DNA of 64,000 nt from an uncultured delta proteobacterium. Lineage in GTDB: Bacteria; Myxococcota; Myxococcia; Myxococcales; Anaeromyxobacteraceae. Shown here in pieces: positions 62,330 to 64,000 of the stretch (positions within the stretch are counted from its first letter, which is position 1; the number at the start of each line of letters is the position of its first letter). The DNA lies in assembly GCA_963828255.1 (NCBI GenBank), contig CAWHDZ010000017.1:1-64000 (forward strand). The letters run 5' to 3'. The notes under the pieces are model-generated. The model saw only the letters and a list, made by a program, of their open reading frames with translations. It searched no databases and had not been told where the DNA came from. Made by a program: the position numbers and the translations under genes.

Positions 62330-62632
62330 CTACTCCTCCCCCAGCGCCGCCCTCACGATCGGATTCGTGAGCAGCATCCGGTACTCCGCCGGGCTGAGCC
62401 ACGCCTCCCGGCTTCCTCCCCGGTACGCGAGCGACACCCTCACCCTCCCGTCCCTCGCCTCGACCCGCGCCGGCCAGCCCGCCTCCAGGTCCCTCTCGAT
62501 GGATCTCAGATGTCTGGCGATCCTGACCGCCCGCCTTCCCTCCGGCGACGACAGCGCGAGGAAGTGCCTGTTGCGGCTGAAGCCGCGGTCCTCGCGCATC
62601 CGGCGCACTGCGAGCTCGACGAAGCCTGCCAT
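62330..62632 (-). CDS. Hypothetical protein
   Basis: 100-aa ORF co-oriented with its neighbours; FSRNRHF motif. Confidence 0.6.
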
Positions 62633-62653
62633 CGTTCCCGAGGCTACCAGAGA

Positions 62654-63070
62654 TCAGCGGGGGCGGGCCCGCCGGACGAACCGCGCCATGGCCACGTCGG
62701 TGATCCCGATGTGCGTCCGCAGCCAGTCGGCGAGGAACCGATCGACGCGGACCAGTGGGTTCGCCGCATTCCCCCGGCGCCGGTGGTCGGTCTCGATCTC
62801 CAGGACCGCCTCCAGCATCGTGACGTGCTCCTCCCGGTGCCTGGCCAGGTCCGGGAAGCGCTTCTCGGCCATGAACCGCTCCTCGGCCTGGAAATGGAAC
62901 TCCACGTACTCCCGCAGGAAGGCGAGCGTCCGGTCGACCTCCGCGCCATCGTCGCCGGCGGCCGCGGCCCGGACCCGGGCGGCGCACCGGAAGAGCTCCT
63001 GGTGCTGCTCGTCGATGTCACCGATCCCGGTGACGAGCGCCGCCGTCCACTCGAGCCAGGAGGCTTCCAT
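62654..63070 (-). CDS. Bacteriohemerythrin
   Basis: IDEQHQEL, HFQAEE..M, H.EEH and WLRTHI..D motifs. Confidence 0.92.
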   Translation of the reverse strand: MEASWLEWTAALVTGIGDIDEQHQELFRCAARVRAAAAGDDGAEVDRTLAFLREYVEFHFQAEERFMAEKRFPDLARHREEHVTMLEAVLEIETDHRRRGNAANPLVRVDRFLADWLRTHIGITDVAMARFVRRARPR

Positions 63071-63113
63071 CGCCGGATCCTACCCGAGATGCCCGCCCCG
63101 GTGACAGCCGGGA

Positions 63114-64000
63114 TCAGGCGAGCGGCGAGGCAGCGGCCGCACGGGCCAGCGCCCGCCGGAGCGACCGGGCATCCGGCCCGACCGCGACCGCCACCAGGTG
63201 ACGGCGCCGGAACATGGTGCGGGCCACCCGCTGGACGTCCGCCGCGGTCACCCGCTCGACCCGCCGGCAGCGCTCCTCCAGCGTCTCGTCGGTCCCGAAG
63301 AGCTCCCCGGTCCCGAACCAGCCCACCAGCTCCGACGGGTTGTCGAGGGCGAAGGTGAGGGACATGCGGTGCCGCTCCTTCACCCGGGCCAGCTCGTCGG
63401 CGGGCAGCAGCCCGTCCCAGAGCCCGGCGGCGACCCGGAAGATCTCGCTGGTCACCCGCTCGAGGCGCGAGGGCGTGCAGGCCCCCTCGAAGGTGAAGAG
63501 CCCTCCGTCCTCGAAGGTCTCCAGGCTGGCGTGGATCGAGTAGGCGAGGCCGTGGCGCTCCACCACCTCGAAGGGGAGGCGGGAGGAGAGCCCGTCGTCG
63601 AGGAGGCGCCGGACGACCAGCGCGGCGGCGTGGTCGCGGTGCCACTCGGGGACGGCGGGGAAGGCCAGCGAGAACTCGACCTGCGCGTCGTCGTGCTCGA
63701 CGGCCCGAAGCGTGGGACCGGCCGGCCAGGCCGGCGGCGGGTCGTCGGGCCGGACGACGCCCCGGGGAAGCGCCCCGAGCCGTGGCGCTGCGAGCTCGAC
63801 CACCTCCTCGAAGGAGACCGGTCCGGCTGCAACCAGCACCACGTTGGCGCCGGTGTAGTGGCGGGCGTGGTGGGCGCGGATGGCGCCCCCGTCCAGCCCG
63901 CGGACGCTGCCCCGGGAGCCGGCGATCTTCTGACCCAGGCCGTGGCCGGGATAGGCGGTTCGCTTCACCAGGTTGTCGGGATCGACGTCGCGGCCGCGCG
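63114..64000 (-). CDS. M16 (pitrilysin-family) peptidase, C-terminal part
   Basis: HPLG-like HGLG, HYTGANVVL and SSRL..VVERHGLAYSI motifs; the start lies beyond the window. Confidence 0.85.
   Translation of the reverse strand, partial: RGRDVDPDNLVKRTAYPGHGLGQKIAGSRGSVRGLDGGAIRAHHARHYTGANVVLVAAGPVSFEEVVELAAPRLGALPRGVVRPDDPPPAWPAGPTLRAVEHDDAQVEFSLAFPAVPEWHRDHAAALVVRRLLDDGLSSRLPFEVVERHGLAYSIHASLETFEDGGLFTFEGACTPSRLERVTSEIFRVAAGLWDGLLPADELARVKERHRMSLTFALDNPSELVGWFGTGELFGTDETLEERCRRVERVTAADVQRVARTMFRRRHLVAVAVGPDARSLRRALARAAAASPLA

Overview
GC-rich (~70%) bacterial DNA whose gene content points to Myxococcota, probably Anaeromyxobacter-like (inference). In order, the window holds: a truncated Ser/Thr kinase; a ~2,860-aa secreted mosaic protein (BNR/sialidase-like, 19x NLSNA pentapeptide, Ig, FN3, RCC1, Kelch); a DAACS symporter; an SDR fusion; a hybOABC [NiFe]-hydrogenase operon; RNase HI; a GAF/PAS histidine kinase; a cold-shock protein; a cytochrome-like lipoprotein/DUF1800/DUF1501 trio; FNR; TctBAC; and a copper-uptake locus (MbnP, heavily frameshifted MbnH, Cys/Met lipoprotein, OprC-like TonB receptor). 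A patchy accessory region follows (gene remnants, triheme cytochrome, SOUL protein, Cfa plus Rv3719-like reductase pair, IS91-type fragment). Next is a 7.7-kb integrative element at tRNA-Asp with Mx8-like architecture (att core inside the integrase gene; Replic_Relax, Xis, TA modules, serine hydrolase), then tRNA-Asp and tRNA-Val, and rapA-hutF-argE-dapF. Near the right end, a four-helix-bundle gene is preceded by an RBS-covering inverted repeat and two near-complementary hexamer microsatellites, (GAGTCG)28 and (CCGAAC)30, which could fold into a ~170-bp imperfect RNA hairpin. Hemerythrin and a partial M16 peptidase close the window. All calls come from reading motifs by eye; no database searches were run.
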